The notes: a model not told the origin generated them from the sequence alone. Counted from the stretch's first letter, positions 37,565 through 47,459 are shown. The stretch: 64,000 nt of DNA from Dehalococcoidia bacterium (GCA_965262725.1 OZ253555.1:96001-160000), one strand, 5' to 3'. Numbers and translations are program-made.

Positions 37565-39791
37565 CGACGCATTCGATCAGGAGATGGAGCGCCGCCTGAG
37601 AGAGCACTTCACCGAGGAGGCTTCCGAGCTGCGCGCGCCCGACGACCTCTGGGATCGACTGGAGGGGCAGCTGGGCGAGCAAGAGCCGCCGCGCCGCTTC
37701 GCGTTGCTGCGTGGCGGAGCCCTCGTCGGCGGGACGGCCTGGGTTCCGGCGGCGGCCGCGGCCGTCCTGGTTCTGGCCGCCGGGATGGGAGCCTGGCTCC
37801 TCACCGGTAACGGTGGCGGCGACGCTGCCCCGGTGGCCGCCGGCCGGCGGTTCGCCCCGGAAAACGTTGAGGCTTTGCGGGCTGCCTACGCCGTCGCGAC
37901 AGCTGCCGCCCAACTGGCCCCCGTCGCGGCGGCGCCCCTCATCGACCCGCTGGCCGCCCCTGCCGCGACGGCTGCACCCCGCGCGGCGGCTGCGCCCACC
38001 GCGGCGGCGCAGCCCCGCGCGACGGCTGCGCCCACCGCGGCGGCTGCGTCCGCGGCGGCGGTTGTGCCCCGCGCGACGGCTGCGCCCACCGCGACGGCTG
38101 CGCCCGTCGTGGCGGCTGCGCCCGCCGCGACGGCTGCCCCGGCTGCCCCGCCCGCCCCGGCGGCCCCGGTCGTCGCCGAGCCGATCGCCACCCCGGCCAG
38201 CGGCTCTGGCGGAACCGGCGGTGACGGCGCCGCCTCGGAGTCAGAAAGCGCAGCCGACGGGGGCTCGACGGTGTCAGCGCCGCCGGAGCCGCCCGCGACC
38301 GGTCCCGGCTCCAAGCATCCGCCTGGCCTCGATCACCCGCCCCAGCCCCAGCAGCCCGCGGCCACCACGTTCGAGGACTACGGCCGCACGCCGTTCGCGG
38401 AGACGTCGACCGATGCGATCTCCACGTTCAGCCTCGACACCGATCGCACGTCCTACTTCCTCGCCCTGAGCTGGGTTCGCAACGGCTACACCGTCGAGCC
38501 CGACTCCGTGCGGGCGGAGGAGTGGATTAACGCCTTCGACTACGGCTATGCGGCGCCGGGCGACGATCGCAGCTTCGCCGTCACGAGCGAGGTGGCGCGG
38601 CATCCGCTCGAGAGCGACCGGCACCTCGTGCGCATCGCTCTCCAGGCGCCGGAGCTCCGCGACGACACGCCCCTGAACGTGACGCTCGTGCTGGATGCAT
38701 CGGGCTCCATGAGCCAGGGGAACCGCGTCGCAATCGCCCGCGAGGCGGCGGAGACCCTCCGCCAGAGCCTCAGCTCCCGCGATCGCGTCGCCGTAGTGCA
38801 CTTCAGCCAGCGTGTGCTCGACGACTACACCGTCGAACACAGTGCACCCGACGATCAGGACGTCGTGTCGTCGATCAGCCGCCTGGTGCCGTCGGGCAGC
38901 ACGAACGTGCAGGCCGGGCTCAATCTCGGCGTCCGGCTCGCAGGCGCCGCCCGCCTCGAGCGGCCCGGGGCCTACAACTACATCATCCTGATGTCCGACG
39001 GCGTGGCGAACGTGGACGCGACGGATCCGTTCGCCATCCTCGAGTCGGCCCCGGATTCCGACAGCACGAACCCGCTCCGCCTGATCACGATCGGCGTGGG
39101 GATCGAGAACTACAATGACTTCCTGCTGGAGCAGCTGGCCCAGCACGGCAACGGCTGGTACCGCTACCTCGACGACGCCGCGCAGGCTCGCGCGACGTTC
39201 AGCCGCGAGAACTGGCTCGCGCTCTCCACGCCCTTCGCCGACCAGGCACGGGCCCAGGTGACGTGGGATCCCGCGATCGTTCAGGCCTGGCGCATCGTCG
39301 GCTACGAGAACCGCATCACGCCGGATCACACCTTCGAGCAGAACCGCAGGGAGTTCGCCGAGCTCCCCTCCGGGGCCGCCACGACGGTGCTCTACGAGCT
39401 CGTCCTCCACGAGGGCGCCGGCAACCGCTCCACCCGACTGGGAAACGTGGAGGTGCGCTGGGTGGACCCGGCCTCCGGGGCATCACGCAGCCAGAACGCC
39501 GACGTCCTCGGCGACGCGGGCACCTCGTTCGCTGCCGGCGAGCGCTACTTCAGGCTCGCGGCGATCGTGGGGCTCGCCGCCGATCGCTACAGCGCCCTTT
39601 CACCCCAGGTCGAGAACGCGGAGGTCGACTACGCCGGCATCCGGGGCGACCTCTCCGCCCTCGGGGCGGAGCTGAGCGCTCTTCAGGGGGTGCTCGGATC
39701 GCTCCAGTCCTACGCCGACTTCCGCTTCCTCCTGAACCGGCTCACGCAGGCTGCAGCAGAGCTGGCTCCCACGTCGGGCTACAGCCGGTGA
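37554..39791 (+). CDS. Probable anti-sigma membrane protein with YfbK-like VWA domain
   Basis: Anti-sigma-like N-terminus (LRAPDDLWDRL) and TM; Ala/Pro/Thr linker; STFSLDTDRTSY, RAEEWINAF, DASGSM MIDAS, MSDGVAN, GYENR. Confidence 0.85.
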   Translation: MAPNDAFDQEMERRLREHFTEEASELRAPDDLWDRLEGQLGEQEPPRRFALLRGGALVGGTAWVPAAAAAVLVLAAGMGAWLLTGNGGGDAAPVAAGRRFAPENVEALRAAYAVATAAAQLAPVAAAPLIDPLAAPAATAAPRAAAAPTAAAQPRATAAPTAAAASAAAVVPRATAAPTATAAPVVAAAPAATAAPAAPPAPAAPVVAEPIATPASGSGGTGGDGAASESESAADGGSTVSAPPEPPATGPGSKHPPGLDHPPQPQQPAATTFEDYGRTPFAETSTDAISTFSLDTDRTSYFLALSWVRNGYTVEPDSVRAEEWINAFDYGYAAPGDDRSFAVTSEVARHPLESDRHLVRIALQAPELRDDTPLNVTLVLDASGSMSQGNRVAIAREAAETLRQSLSSRDRVAVVHFSQRVLDDYTVEHSAPDDQDVVSSISRLVPSGSTNVQAGLNLGVRLAGAARLERPGAYNYIILMSDGVANVDATDPFAILESAPDSDSTNPLRLITIGVGIENYNDFLLEQLAQHGNGWYRYLDDAAQARATFSRENWLALSTPFADQARAQVTWDPAIVQAWRIVGYENRITPDHTFEQNRREFAELPSGAATTVLYELVLHEGAGNRSTRLGNVEVRWVDPASGASRSQNADVLGDAGTSFAAGERYFRLAAIVGLAADRYSALSPQVENAEVDYAGIRGDLSALGAELSALQGVLGSLQSYADFRFLLNRLTQAAAELAPTSGYSR
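37958..38170 (+). repeat. Coding Ala/Pro/Thr repeats (PRATAAPTA)
   Basis: Repeated CGCGCGACGGCTGCGCCCACCGCG units. Confidence 0.8.
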
Positions 39792-40074
39792 CGGGGCTCC
39801 GAGGGCCGTTACCGGCTGGCTCCCGCGTCCCGCCTGCACGAGGACGGGGATGCGCCGGTCGCGGCACCCCGTCAGCGCGATCAGCTCCTTCCCGTGTCAG
39901 GTGTCGCGCTTCCCGGCCGCGCGGCTCCGTCTCCCAGCGCTGGTAGCCGCGCCGTAGTTCTCGGCGCCACCGCTCGCCGCACGCGACGGGGCACGCGCAG
40001 TACCGCGTTACGCATTGCTAACCGGTCGCTGCTGAGGGTAGGCTGTGGAACACAGAATATGTGGAGCTGTGAAT

Positions 40075-40365
40075 ATGCGGAATATCACCGTGTCCGTCGA
40101 TGACGAGACCCATCGGCTCGCCCGCACCAAGGCGGCGGAACTGGACACATCGGTATCGGCTCTCGTGCGCGACTATCTCAGGCGTCTCGCCCGCGGGCAG
40201 GCAGTCGGAATCGGATCTGACCGCCACGTGGCTGAGACAGAACGCGAACGTCGGGGCAGGCTCCTGGCCGAAGCCGTCGAGGACATCACGAAGAACGGCG
40301 GCGGGTTGCATATGGCCGACAACCTGCCGAGGGACTCGCTCCACGACCGCCGTGCGCTTCGTTGA
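40075..40365 (+). CDS. RHH antitoxin (DUF6364/CopG-like)
   Basis: MRNITVSVDDETHRLAR.KAAE..TSVSALVRDYL; overlaps the PIN gene. Confidence 0.85.
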   Translation: MRNITVSVDDETHRLARTKAAELDTSVSALVRDYLRRLARGQAVGIGSDRHVAETERERRGRLLAEAVEDITKNGGGLHMADNLPRDSLHDRRALR

Positions 40366-40771
40366 CACCAACGTCTTGCTGTATGCGGTGAGCGCGCTGT
40401 CGGAGAACGCTGCCAAGCGCCGCCGCGCCCTCGCGCTCCTCGAGGAAGACGACCTGGCGATCTCGGTCCAGGTGCTTCAGGAGTTCTATCATCGGGCGAC
40501 GCGTCCCAGCCGCCCCGCGGCCATCACTCCCGAGCAGGCCCTGCGATTCATCGAGGCCATCGACAGCTTGCCGGTTCAGCCCATCACACTCGACACATTC
40601 CGCGCCGGCGTGGCCATCAGTCAGCGATTCGGATTGTCCTGCTGGGACGGTGCAATCCTCGCCGCCGCGCGCGCCATGGGCTGCGACGCGGTCTACTCGG
40701 AGGATATGAGCTCCGATCAGGACTACGGCGGCGTGAGGGTGCTCAACCCCTTCGTTGATCAGGAACACTGA
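40352..40771 (+). CDS. vapC: PIN-domain toxin
   Basis: FVDTNVLLYA..SVQVLQEF..SCWDGAILAAA..YSEDM..NPF. Confidence 0.9.
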   Translation: MRFVDTNVLLYAVSALSENAAKRRRALALLEEDDLAISVQVLQEFYHRATRPSRPAAITPEQALRFIEAIDSLPVQPITLDTFRAGVAISQRFGLSCWDGAILAAARAMGCDAVYSEDMSSDQDYGGVRVLNPFVDQEH

Positions 40772-40814
40772 GCAACGCTCACGCCATGCGCATTGCGTTC
40801 TGGACACGTGTAGT

Positions 40815-40828
40815 AGAACAAAAGTTCT
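40815..40828. promoter_or_regulatory. LexA (SOS) box in the imuB promoter
   Basis: aGAAC-aaaa-GTTCt adjoining the extended -10 TGaTATGAT. Confidence 0.88.
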
Positions 40829-40863
40829 GATATGATGCCGCCCCTTCTGGCGGGGGGTAGCAG

Positions 40864-42060
40864 ATGTCGAGCTCGTATATCGCGTGCCTGCTGGTGCCGG
40901 CGCCCGCGCTCGGCGTCGAGGTCGCGCGCCGCCCGGAGCTGCGGGGCCGGCCCGTCGCCATCGCCAGCGCCTGCGGTCAGCGCGTGGCGGAGGCGAGTCC
41001 GGCCGCCGCACGGCGTGGCGTGCGTCCGGGACAGCGAGTCAGCGAGGCCGTGGCCTGGTGTCCCGGGCTCGTGGTTCTCGCGGAGCGGCCCGCGCGCGTG
41101 CGTCGCGCCGCTTCGCAGCTCGTGGATGCGGTCGCCACGGTCAGCCCGCTTGTCGAGGAGGCAGCTCCGGGCGAGGTCTACGCCGACCTGCGCGGCCTCG
41201 ATGGTCTCTACCCGGAGGTGGATGCGCTTGCGCAGGCGCTGCTGGGGCCGGCTCCGCAAGCGCTGGGCGCGAGGCTGGGGGTGGCCGGCAGCCGCTTCAC
41301 GGCGCGGGCGGCCGCCTCCGTCGCACCCCCCGGGGGCTGGTTGCGGGTTGCCGAGGGAGAGGCGCGGGCCTTTCTCGATGCGTTGCCGATCGGATTGCTC
41401 CCGCTCGAGGGGGCCGATCGGGACTGGCTCGCCGTGCTCGGCCTCGTCACGCTCGGTGACCTGGCGGCTCTGCCGCGGCACGCCGTCGAGGCGCAGCTCG
41501 GGCCGGCGGGGACGCGGGCCTGGCTCGCCGCACGGGGCGAGGATGCGTCGCCGCTGATTCCTCGGACCCCCCGGGAGCGCGTGCGGGAGAGGGCGCAGTC
41601 CGAGCCGCCGCTCATCAGCCGCGAGGCGGTGCTGATGACGTTCGAACAACTTCTGGGACGCGCACTCAGCCGCCCGCCTGCCCGCGGCCGCCTGGTGCGC
41701 TCCGTCCACCTGGGCGCCACGACCGGGGACGAACGTCTCTGGGAACGCACGCGCGTGCTGACCGAGCCGACCGGCGACCGCTCGCGTCTCTGGACCGCGG
41801 TCCGCCCCGCCATCGAGACGGCGGCATTCGGCGGGCCGGTGGCGGAACTGGCTCTGGAGCTAGACGGGCTGACCGTCGAGCGCGGCCTCCAGGGGAGGCT
41901 GCTGCACGACCTGGGCGTCCGTCGCCGCGAGCGGCTCGATGAGATGGCGCACCACCTCCAGCTGCGCTACAGCCGGGCGGCGCTGCGCCGCGTCGTCGCC
42001 CTGGTGCCGGACAGCCGCATCCCCGAGCGCCGCTACGCCCTCGCGGATTACGACCCGTGA
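40864..42060 (+). CDS. imuB: ImuB-like Y-family polymerase homolog (catalytically degenerate)
   Basis: RPELRGRPV..AARRGVRPGQ..A...CP; SPLVEE..GEVYADL lacking the DE pair; QGRLL clamp-like motif; SRIPERR C-terminus. Confidence 0.85.
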   Translation: MSSSYIACLLVPAPALGVEVARRPELRGRPVAIASACGQRVAEASPAAARRGVRPGQRVSEAVAWCPGLVVLAERPARVRRAASQLVDAVATVSPLVEEAAPGEVYADLRGLDGLYPEVDALAQALLGPAPQALGARLGVAGSRFTARAAASVAPPGGWLRVAEGEARAFLDALPIGLLPLEGADRDWLAVLGLVTLGDLAALPRHAVEAQLGPAGTRAWLAARGEDASPLIPRTPRERVRERAQSEPPLISREAVLMTFEQLLGRALSRPPARGRLVRSVHLGATTGDERLWERTRVLTEPTGDRSRLWTAVRPAIETAAFGGPVAELALELDGLTVERGLQGRLLHDLGVRRRERLDEMAHHLQLRYSRAALRRVVALVPDSRIPERRYALADYDP

Positions 42061-42356
42061 GCGGCGGGGGCGGCGCGCTCAGCCCGCTCGGGCTGCCCCG
42101 GCCGATCGAGGTTCGCCTCGGTGTCGATGGCGAGCCGCGCTCGCTGCGGAGGTGGCGGCGGCACGGCGCGCCGGGCTCGCCGCTCGCTATTCGGCGGGTC
42201 GAGGAGGTGTGGCGCATCGCGGAGGAGTGGTGGCGCGCGGCGCCGCTGCACCGCACCTACTACCGCGTCCTGGTGGATGGCGGCGGCATGCTCACGTTGT
42301 TCCACGACGACACGCAGCCGCCGGGCGAGGGCTGGTACGAGCAGCGTGACGGGTGA
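42057..42356 (+). CDS. DUF6504-like small mutasome-associated protein
   Basis: EEVWRIAEEWWR..RTYYRV..LTLFHD..WY; coupled to imuB. Confidence 0.8.
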   Translation: MSGGGGALSPLGLPRPIEVRLGVDGEPRSLRRWRRHGAPGSPLAIRRVEEVWRIAEEWWRAAPLHRTYYRVLVDGGGMLTLFHDDTQPPGEGWYEQRDG

Positions 42357-42409
42357 GTCGGGGTGCGGGCCAGCCGCCGGGCCGACCCGGGGATCCTCCG
42401 CACGCGGTG

Positions 42410-42450
42410 AGGCCCCCGGGATGGCAGGAGTACTGCCATCCCGGGGGCCT
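42410..42450. terminator. Perfect 18-bp hairpin between convergent genes
   Basis: AGGCCCCCGGGATGGCAG-gagta-CTGCCATCCCGGGGGCCT. Confidence 0.75.
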
Positions 42451-42494
42451 TCTCCCACGCGCGAGGCGCACCTGGCGCGTGAGGAGTCCTCTCG

Positions 42495-43124
42495 CTACTC
42501 CGACGACGTCTTGAGGCCATCCAGACCCAGCATGACGAACCAGACCGCCCAGGCGATGTAGCAGATCCGGGCGATACTGATCATGTCGTCGAGCTGGCTG
42601 TTGTCGAGGATGCCGATGACGTAGGTCACCAGTGCGACCAGCGACGCCGCCGCGACTACCCACGCGATGATCTTGGTGGAGTCGCCCCTGTTCGACAGGG
42701 CGTAGCTGTGAATGGCGATCCCCAGCGACAGGGGAACGGCCGACATCAGGACGAGCCCGAACTTGGTCGCGTACACGGAGGCGTGCCCGTCGGCCATCAT
42801 CAGGGTCAGCGCCTGCGCGAAGACCCACCCGAGGATGCCGACCGCGATCATGGTGAACGCGAACCGCGCCAGCTTGTCGTCGTTGCCGTCCTGGAAGGAC
42901 TGCAGCCCGTGGAGCGTCAGGATCAGGCCGACTACGATGAAGAACGTCGTCCAGTTGGCCAGATCGGCGTTCCCCGCCGCGGCGGCGACCTGCCCGGCCC
43001 CGTCCGAGATGTCCGCACTGTCGATAAGCATGCCGCCGGGCTGGAGCGCGAAGGCGACCAGCGCCAGCACGGGGCCCACAATCAGGGACAGCGCCCCGAG
43101 GTTGCCCACCGTAACTTTCTCCAC
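42495..43124 (-). CDS. Hypothetical integral membrane protein (about 6 TM)
   Basis: Multiple hydrophobic helices; good codon bias; GGAAGGA RBS. Confidence 0.8.
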   Translation of the reverse strand: MEKVTVGNLGALSLIVGPVLALVAFALQPGGMLIDSADISDGAGQVAAAAGNADLANWTTFFIVVGLILTLHGLQSFQDGNDDKLARFAFTMIAVGILGWVFAQALTLMMADGHASVYATKFGLVLMSAVPLSLGIAIHSYALSNRGDSTKIIAWVVAAASLVALVTYVIGILDNSQLDDMISIARICYIAWAVWFVMLGLDGLKTSSE

Positions 43125-43255
43125 AGCAGTTCCTTCCCAGGACCGCTAAGGCGCGCAAACCAATGACCGCGTTCTGCGTCGCCTCCTGCCCGAATATCGG
43201 CACATTACCACGTATGTGAAGGGGTTGCGGGGGGTCCGGATCGCCGTGAACGGCG

Positions 43256-44260
43256 CTAGTCGCCGCCCGTCGTCGGTCCCGGATCCGCGGCGCCGAAGTC
43301 GACGTTGGAGAAGGCCTGGCGCGCCGCCCCGTGGCAGAGGCCGTCACGCTCCTCCTCGGTGAATGTGACCCCGTAGCGCGCACCCCACGCGGGGAGATCG
43401 AGCGCGATCTCGGCGAATCGTTTCGTCCGCGCGCGCGCGGCGCTGCCCACGCCCGTCTGAGGCAGATCGCTTCCCCAGACCACGCGATCGGGCCCCATCA
43501 CGTCGAGGAAGACGCGCAGCACCCGCATCAGCTGCGGCAGGTTGTGCTCCTCCACCGCGCCGAGGGCCTGCCAGTCGCAGAGATCGAGCCAGACGTTGCG
43601 CTTCCCCTGCGCCGCCTCCAGGCCGCGCCAGTAGGCCCCCGTCTCGAACGGCGCTCGGGCGGCGCCGGCGTGCCCCATCAGGATGCGCAGCCCCGGGTAG
43701 CGCCGTGCGACGAGTTCCACCCACTCCGGCCAGGCCCAGATGTTGCCGCCGGTGTGAATGAGTACGGGCACGTCGAGCTCCTGCGCCTTCTCGTACATCG
43801 GGAAGAGCCGCTCGTCGCTCGCCTGGTAGCCGTTGGGCGGGTAGACTTTCCAGCCGACGGCGCCGTAGTCGCGCACGCATTCCTCGAGGAAGGCGACCGC
43901 GCGCGGCCGCCTCGCGTCGACGCCGCACATCGCCCACAGCTTCCCGGGGTGACGCGCCACGGCGGCGTAGGAGCGGCGGTGGAACTCCTCCACGGAGAGC
44001 TGGTTGTCCTCCTCCGGGCCGTACGCCATCCCCCAGTCGAGCACCTGGATCACCGAGTGACCGATGCCGTAGGTCGCCATCTCCTCCACGGCTCCGTCGC
44101 CGCTCTCGTCCATCGTCGGGGACTGGCGGATCCGCTCCAGCACCTGCTCCACCGTGCGTCCCGTGCGGCGAGCGATCGCCTCGGCGGTGAAGGTCGGGAG
44201 GTGGCTCGGCGGGAACCAGTCGAAGCCCCAGAGATGGCGGTGCACGTCGATGAGTGTCAT
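43256..44260 (-). CDS. Amidohydrolase_2 family protein
   Basis: IDVHRH, KVYPP, PVLIHTG, ILMGHAG, VWGSD. Confidence 0.9.
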   Translation of the reverse strand: MTLIDVHRHLWGFDWFPPSHLPTFTAEAIARRTGRTVEQVLERIRQSPTMDESGDGAVEEMATYGIGHSVIQVLDWGMAYGPEEDNQLSVEEFHRRSYAAVARHPGKLWAMCGVDARRPRAVAFLEECVRDYGAVGWKVYPPNGYQASDERLFPMYEKAQELDVPVLIHTGGNIWAWPEWVELVARRYPGLRILMGHAGAARAPFETGAYWRGLEAAQGKRNVWLDLCDWQALGAVEEHNLPQLMRVLRVFLDVMGPDRVVWGSDLPQTGVGSAARARTKRFAEIALDLPAWGARYGVTFTEEERDGLCHGAARQAFSNVDFGAADPGPTTGGD

Positions 44261-44458
44261 CCGGTTCCCCCGATCGCCGCCGTCCGCGTCCCGTCGCCCC
44301 GGGGCCGGGGCGACGCGTGCGAGTTGTACCACGGCTCCCGGCGCCGCTGGCGCGCGTCTCGCCGCGCCGGGCGGCGTCCGGGTGCCGGGCTTCGCGGTGG
44401 TAGAGTGCCGCCTGCGGCCGCCCGGCAGCGAGAATCGGCGGCCGGGGAGGGTCTGGCG

Positions 44459-45310
44459 ATGACGACGACTGCCCACCGCGCGACTCACGGGCTGGTGCAG
44501 AGCCCGCACGGCGCGATCGAATACCGCGAAACCGGCGAGGGGCCGGCGGTGCTGCTCCTGCACTGGAACTCGTCCTCCGCCGCCTACTTCCTCCCGGTCA
44601 TGCCGCTGCTCGCGCCGCGGGTGCGCGCCATCGCGATGTCGACGATGGGCCACGGCGAGTCGGACCGGCCGCCTGAGCCCTACTCATCTCTCCACGAGTA
44701 CGCGCAGGCGGCGTTGTGGCTGCTCGACGGGCTCGGGCTCGAGCGGGTGCACGTCGTCGGTACGCACACGGGGGCGATGATCGGGACGGAGCTCGCCGTG
44801 AGCTGGCCGGAGCGTGTCGACCGGCTCGTGCTGGAGGAGCCCTTCAACTGGAACACCGAGCGGCGGCGCGCCGCGCACCTGCGTCTGCACGAGTACCGCG
44901 AGCCCGACGACGAGGGTGAGTTCCTGAAGCGCCTCTGGCAGTGGACCCGCGATCGCGTCAGCGAGGAGATGCCCGGCGCCACGCCCGACTTCCGGCTGCT
45001 CAGGCAGCGCTTCATCGACAAGCTACGGCTCGCCGATGAGGCGCCCGAGCCCTACGCGCCGATGGCCTGGGAGGGCGCCGGTCCCTATGCGATGTGCCAC
45101 TACGAGATGTGGGAGGCGGCGCCGCGCGTTCAGGCGCCGACGCTGGTGATACACGGCACCGGCAGCCAGCTCGGCCGCTCGCACGAGAAGTTCCTCGATC
45201 TCATTCCGAACGCGCGCGGGCTCCGCGTCCCCTCGGTCGGCAACTCCGTGCCGTTCCAGCACCCGGAGCTGTGGACGCGGGAGGTCCTCGCCTTCCTGCT
45301 CGAGGGCTGA
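44459..45310 (+). CDS. Alpha/beta hydrolase with GTHTG elbow
   Basis: PAVLLLH, GHGESDRP, VVGTHTGA, PERVDRLVL, PTLVIHG. Confidence 0.88.
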   Translation: MTTTAHRATHGLVQSPHGAIEYRETGEGPAVLLLHWNSSSAAYFLPVMPLLAPRVRAIAMSTMGHGESDRPPEPYSSLHEYAQAALWLLDGLGLERVHVVGTHTGAMIGTELAVSWPERVDRLVLEEPFNWNTERRRAAHLRLHEYREPDDEGEFLKRLWQWTRDRVSEEMPGATPDFRLLRQRFIDKLRLADEAPEPYAPMAWEGAGPYAMCHYEMWEAAPRVQAPTLVIHGTGSQLGRSHEKFLDLIPNARGLRVPSVGNSVPFQHPELWTREVLAFLLEG

Positions 45311-45342
45311 GGACCTCCGGCAGGTATGGCGGGACGAACCGG

Positions 45343-45363
45343 CTGAGGGCGTCACGCCCTCAG
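45343..45363. terminator. Inverted repeat between convergent genes
   Basis: CTGAGGGCGT-c-ACGCCCTCAG. Confidence 0.45.
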
Positions 45364-45418
45364 GCCCGCTCCCGAGCGGTCGCCTGGCCTCACCACGGGA
45401 CCGGACCCCGGCGGGCAG

Positions 45419-46336
45419 CTATTCGTACCAGCCCGACGCGAAGATCAACCCGTCGTAGCGCACGGCCCAGGTGTGCTTCTGCCGCTCATCACCTGTGTCG
45501 GGATTCAGCAGCACGTAGTCGACCCAGCGTCCCGACTCGGGGGCACCCAGCAGCTCGTCGCCGTAGAAGTATCCCGTGGAGTCGACGCGGAGGCTGGGAT
45601 CCCGACCCCGGAACACCGGATTGTGGTGGGCGATGGTGTAGCCGTCCTGGTCGACGATGAAGACGTACCACTGGTCGTCCACGCTCTCCGTGGTGTTGTA
45701 GTAGGCGACCGTGTCCTCGCGGCCGATGGCGTCGTACAGGGCGATGGCCCTCCCGACGAAGGTCGTGGTGTAGGCGGGGGCGTCGGACTTGCCGGGCGCT
45801 CGCTCATACCAGCCTGATCCAAAGGTCAGGCCGTCGTATTCGACTATCCAGGAATGTTTGACCTCGACGGCGCCCGAGGCCGGGTTCGTGAAGGTGTAAC
45901 TGAACCAGGCGCCGTCCTCGTCGGCGACCGCGACCACCGCCTCTCCGGCGGGATAGTTGTGAGGCCCGACGGCCTCGGAGGCGGGCCGGTCAACGAGGTC
46001 GGGGTTGGCATGGGCTCGTATTATGTCGTCCTGATCGCCGATGAACACGTACCATTGGCCGTCGATGCTCGCCCTGGTGTTGTAGTGGGCGACCGTGGCA
46101 TCGAGACCCTCTGAGTCATACTTCCTGATGGCCGCCCTGACGACATACTTGGTGTACTCGGCGGGCTCCCATCTGGGGGGTACGGCGGCCGGCGCTTCGG
46201 TGGCGATGTCCCCCGCGGGACCCTGAGGCCCGGGAGGCCCCTGCTCTCCGGCAGGTCCGGCATCTCCCTGGCAGGCGGCAACCGCCAGGACAAGGGCAAT
46301 GATCGAGATGGTCGTTATGAGTGTGCGCACGCTCAT
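45419..46336 (-). CDS. Lipoprotein with collagen-like linker and two Cache-like domains
   Basis: VAAC lipobox; GPAGEQGPPGPQGPAG; two copies of YNT..S.D.QWYVFI.D...K(H)(S/T)W..YDGL.F.SGWYE. Confidence 0.85.
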   Translation of the reverse strand: MSVRTLITTISIIALVLAVAACQGDAGPAGEQGPPGPQGPAGDIATEAPAAVPPRWEPAEYTKYVVRAAIRKYDSEGLDATVAHYNTRASIDGQWYVFIGDQDDIIRAHANPDLVDRPASEAVGPHNYPAGEAVVAVADEDGAWFSYTFTNPASGAVEVKHSWIVEYDGLTFGSGWYERAPGKSDAPAYTTTFVGRAIALYDAIGREDTVAYYNTTESVDDQWYVFIVDQDGYTIAHHNPVFRGRDPSLRVDSTGYFYGDELLGAPESGRWVDYVLLNPDTGDERQKHTWAVRYDGLIFASGWYE

Positions 46337-46570
46337 GCCTCCGGCTTGCGTCGTCCTCGGCACAGACCTGGCTGCTCGGCGGGGCGGTATTCCCGTCAGC
46401 GCTTCCGGCCCGGCCTGCTCCTCCACGTCCGCGACTGGACCTGATCGCCGTCCCGATCGCCGAGAGTCTAGGTATCACTTACCAAGTCAGAGCGCCAATC
46501 GGCCGGACGGCTCCGACGAGGCCGCGGACGATGCTCGGGACCAGGGTGGCGCCGGATCTCGGATGCGCGA

Positions 46571-47365
46571 TCAGGGCGCCGTCACGAAGTCCGCCACCTC
46601 GCGCGCGAAGCGGTGCGGCGCTCGCCACGGGAGCTGCCCCGGCAGTCCCTCGAAGAGTTCGAAGCGGGCGCCGGGCGCGGTGAGTGCCGCGTCGCGGTCC
46701 TCCTCGATGAGCGTGTCGAACTCCACGCCGAGCACGAGCACCGGGCAGCTGAGCGCCCTCAGATCCGGCTCGGGGTCGTGCCGCGCGACCCCGTCGAGCG
46801 CCCAGCCCCACCGCTCGTGGATGCGCAGCACGCTGGTGGTCATCAGGGTCGCCAGCGCGAGGTCCGCGGCGCCGCCGCGGGTGGTGGCGGTGCGCCACTG
46901 ATCGCGCAGGTGCGAGCCGTCCTCGGCGAGCGCGATCGGTCCCGGCGGCGAGGCGAGCCAGCCGGCGCGCCACTCGCGCATCGCCCCCGGCGTCCCCGAG
47001 ATCACGAGGTGGCTCACGCGCTCGGGCGCCTGCGCCGCCATCTGCAGCGCGATCCCGGTGCCGGTGTGCACGCCGACGGCGGCGAAGCGATCGACGCCGA
47101 GGGATGAGGCCGCCTCGAGCATCGCGGCGGCGTACTCGGGCACGGACTGAGGGCCCGGCGGCGGGTCGGAGTGACCGTAGCCCGGCGTGTCGAAGGCGTA
47201 GGCGGAGATCCGCTCGCCGAGGAGCGGGAGCGTCCGCTCGAAGATGGCCGAGGACTGTGGTGACTCGTGGAAGAGAAGCGCGGTCGGGCGCGCAGCATCC
47301 GCCTCGCCCACTCCCTCAGCCCGGAAGTGCACCTGTCCCCAGCGACAGGAGGCGTAGCCGCGCAT
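46571..47365 (-). CDS. Alpha/beta hydrolase with GVHTG elbow
   Basis: GQVHFR, LFHESPQSS, DTPGYGHSD, VGVHTG. Confidence 0.85.
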   Translation of the reverse strand: MRGYASCRWGQVHFRAEGVGEADAARPTALLFHESPQSSAIFERTLPLLGERISAYAFDTPGYGHSDPPPGPQSVPEYAAAMLEAASSLGVDRFAAVGVHTGTGIALQMAAQAPERVSHLVISGTPGAMREWRAGWLASPPGPIALAEDGSHLRDQWRTATTRGGAADLALATLMTTSVLRIHERWGWALDGVARHDPEPDLRALSCPVLVLGVEFDTLIEEDRDAALTAPGARFELFEGLPGQLPWRAPHRFAREVADFVTAP

Positions 47366-47459
47366 CGCATTCCCGCTTCCCCCGGCTCCCGCCCGTGTAG
47401 CGTACCGTACACCGGCGCCGCGGCCGGCGGCGGCTCGTCCGACGGAGCGGGGCCGGGAG

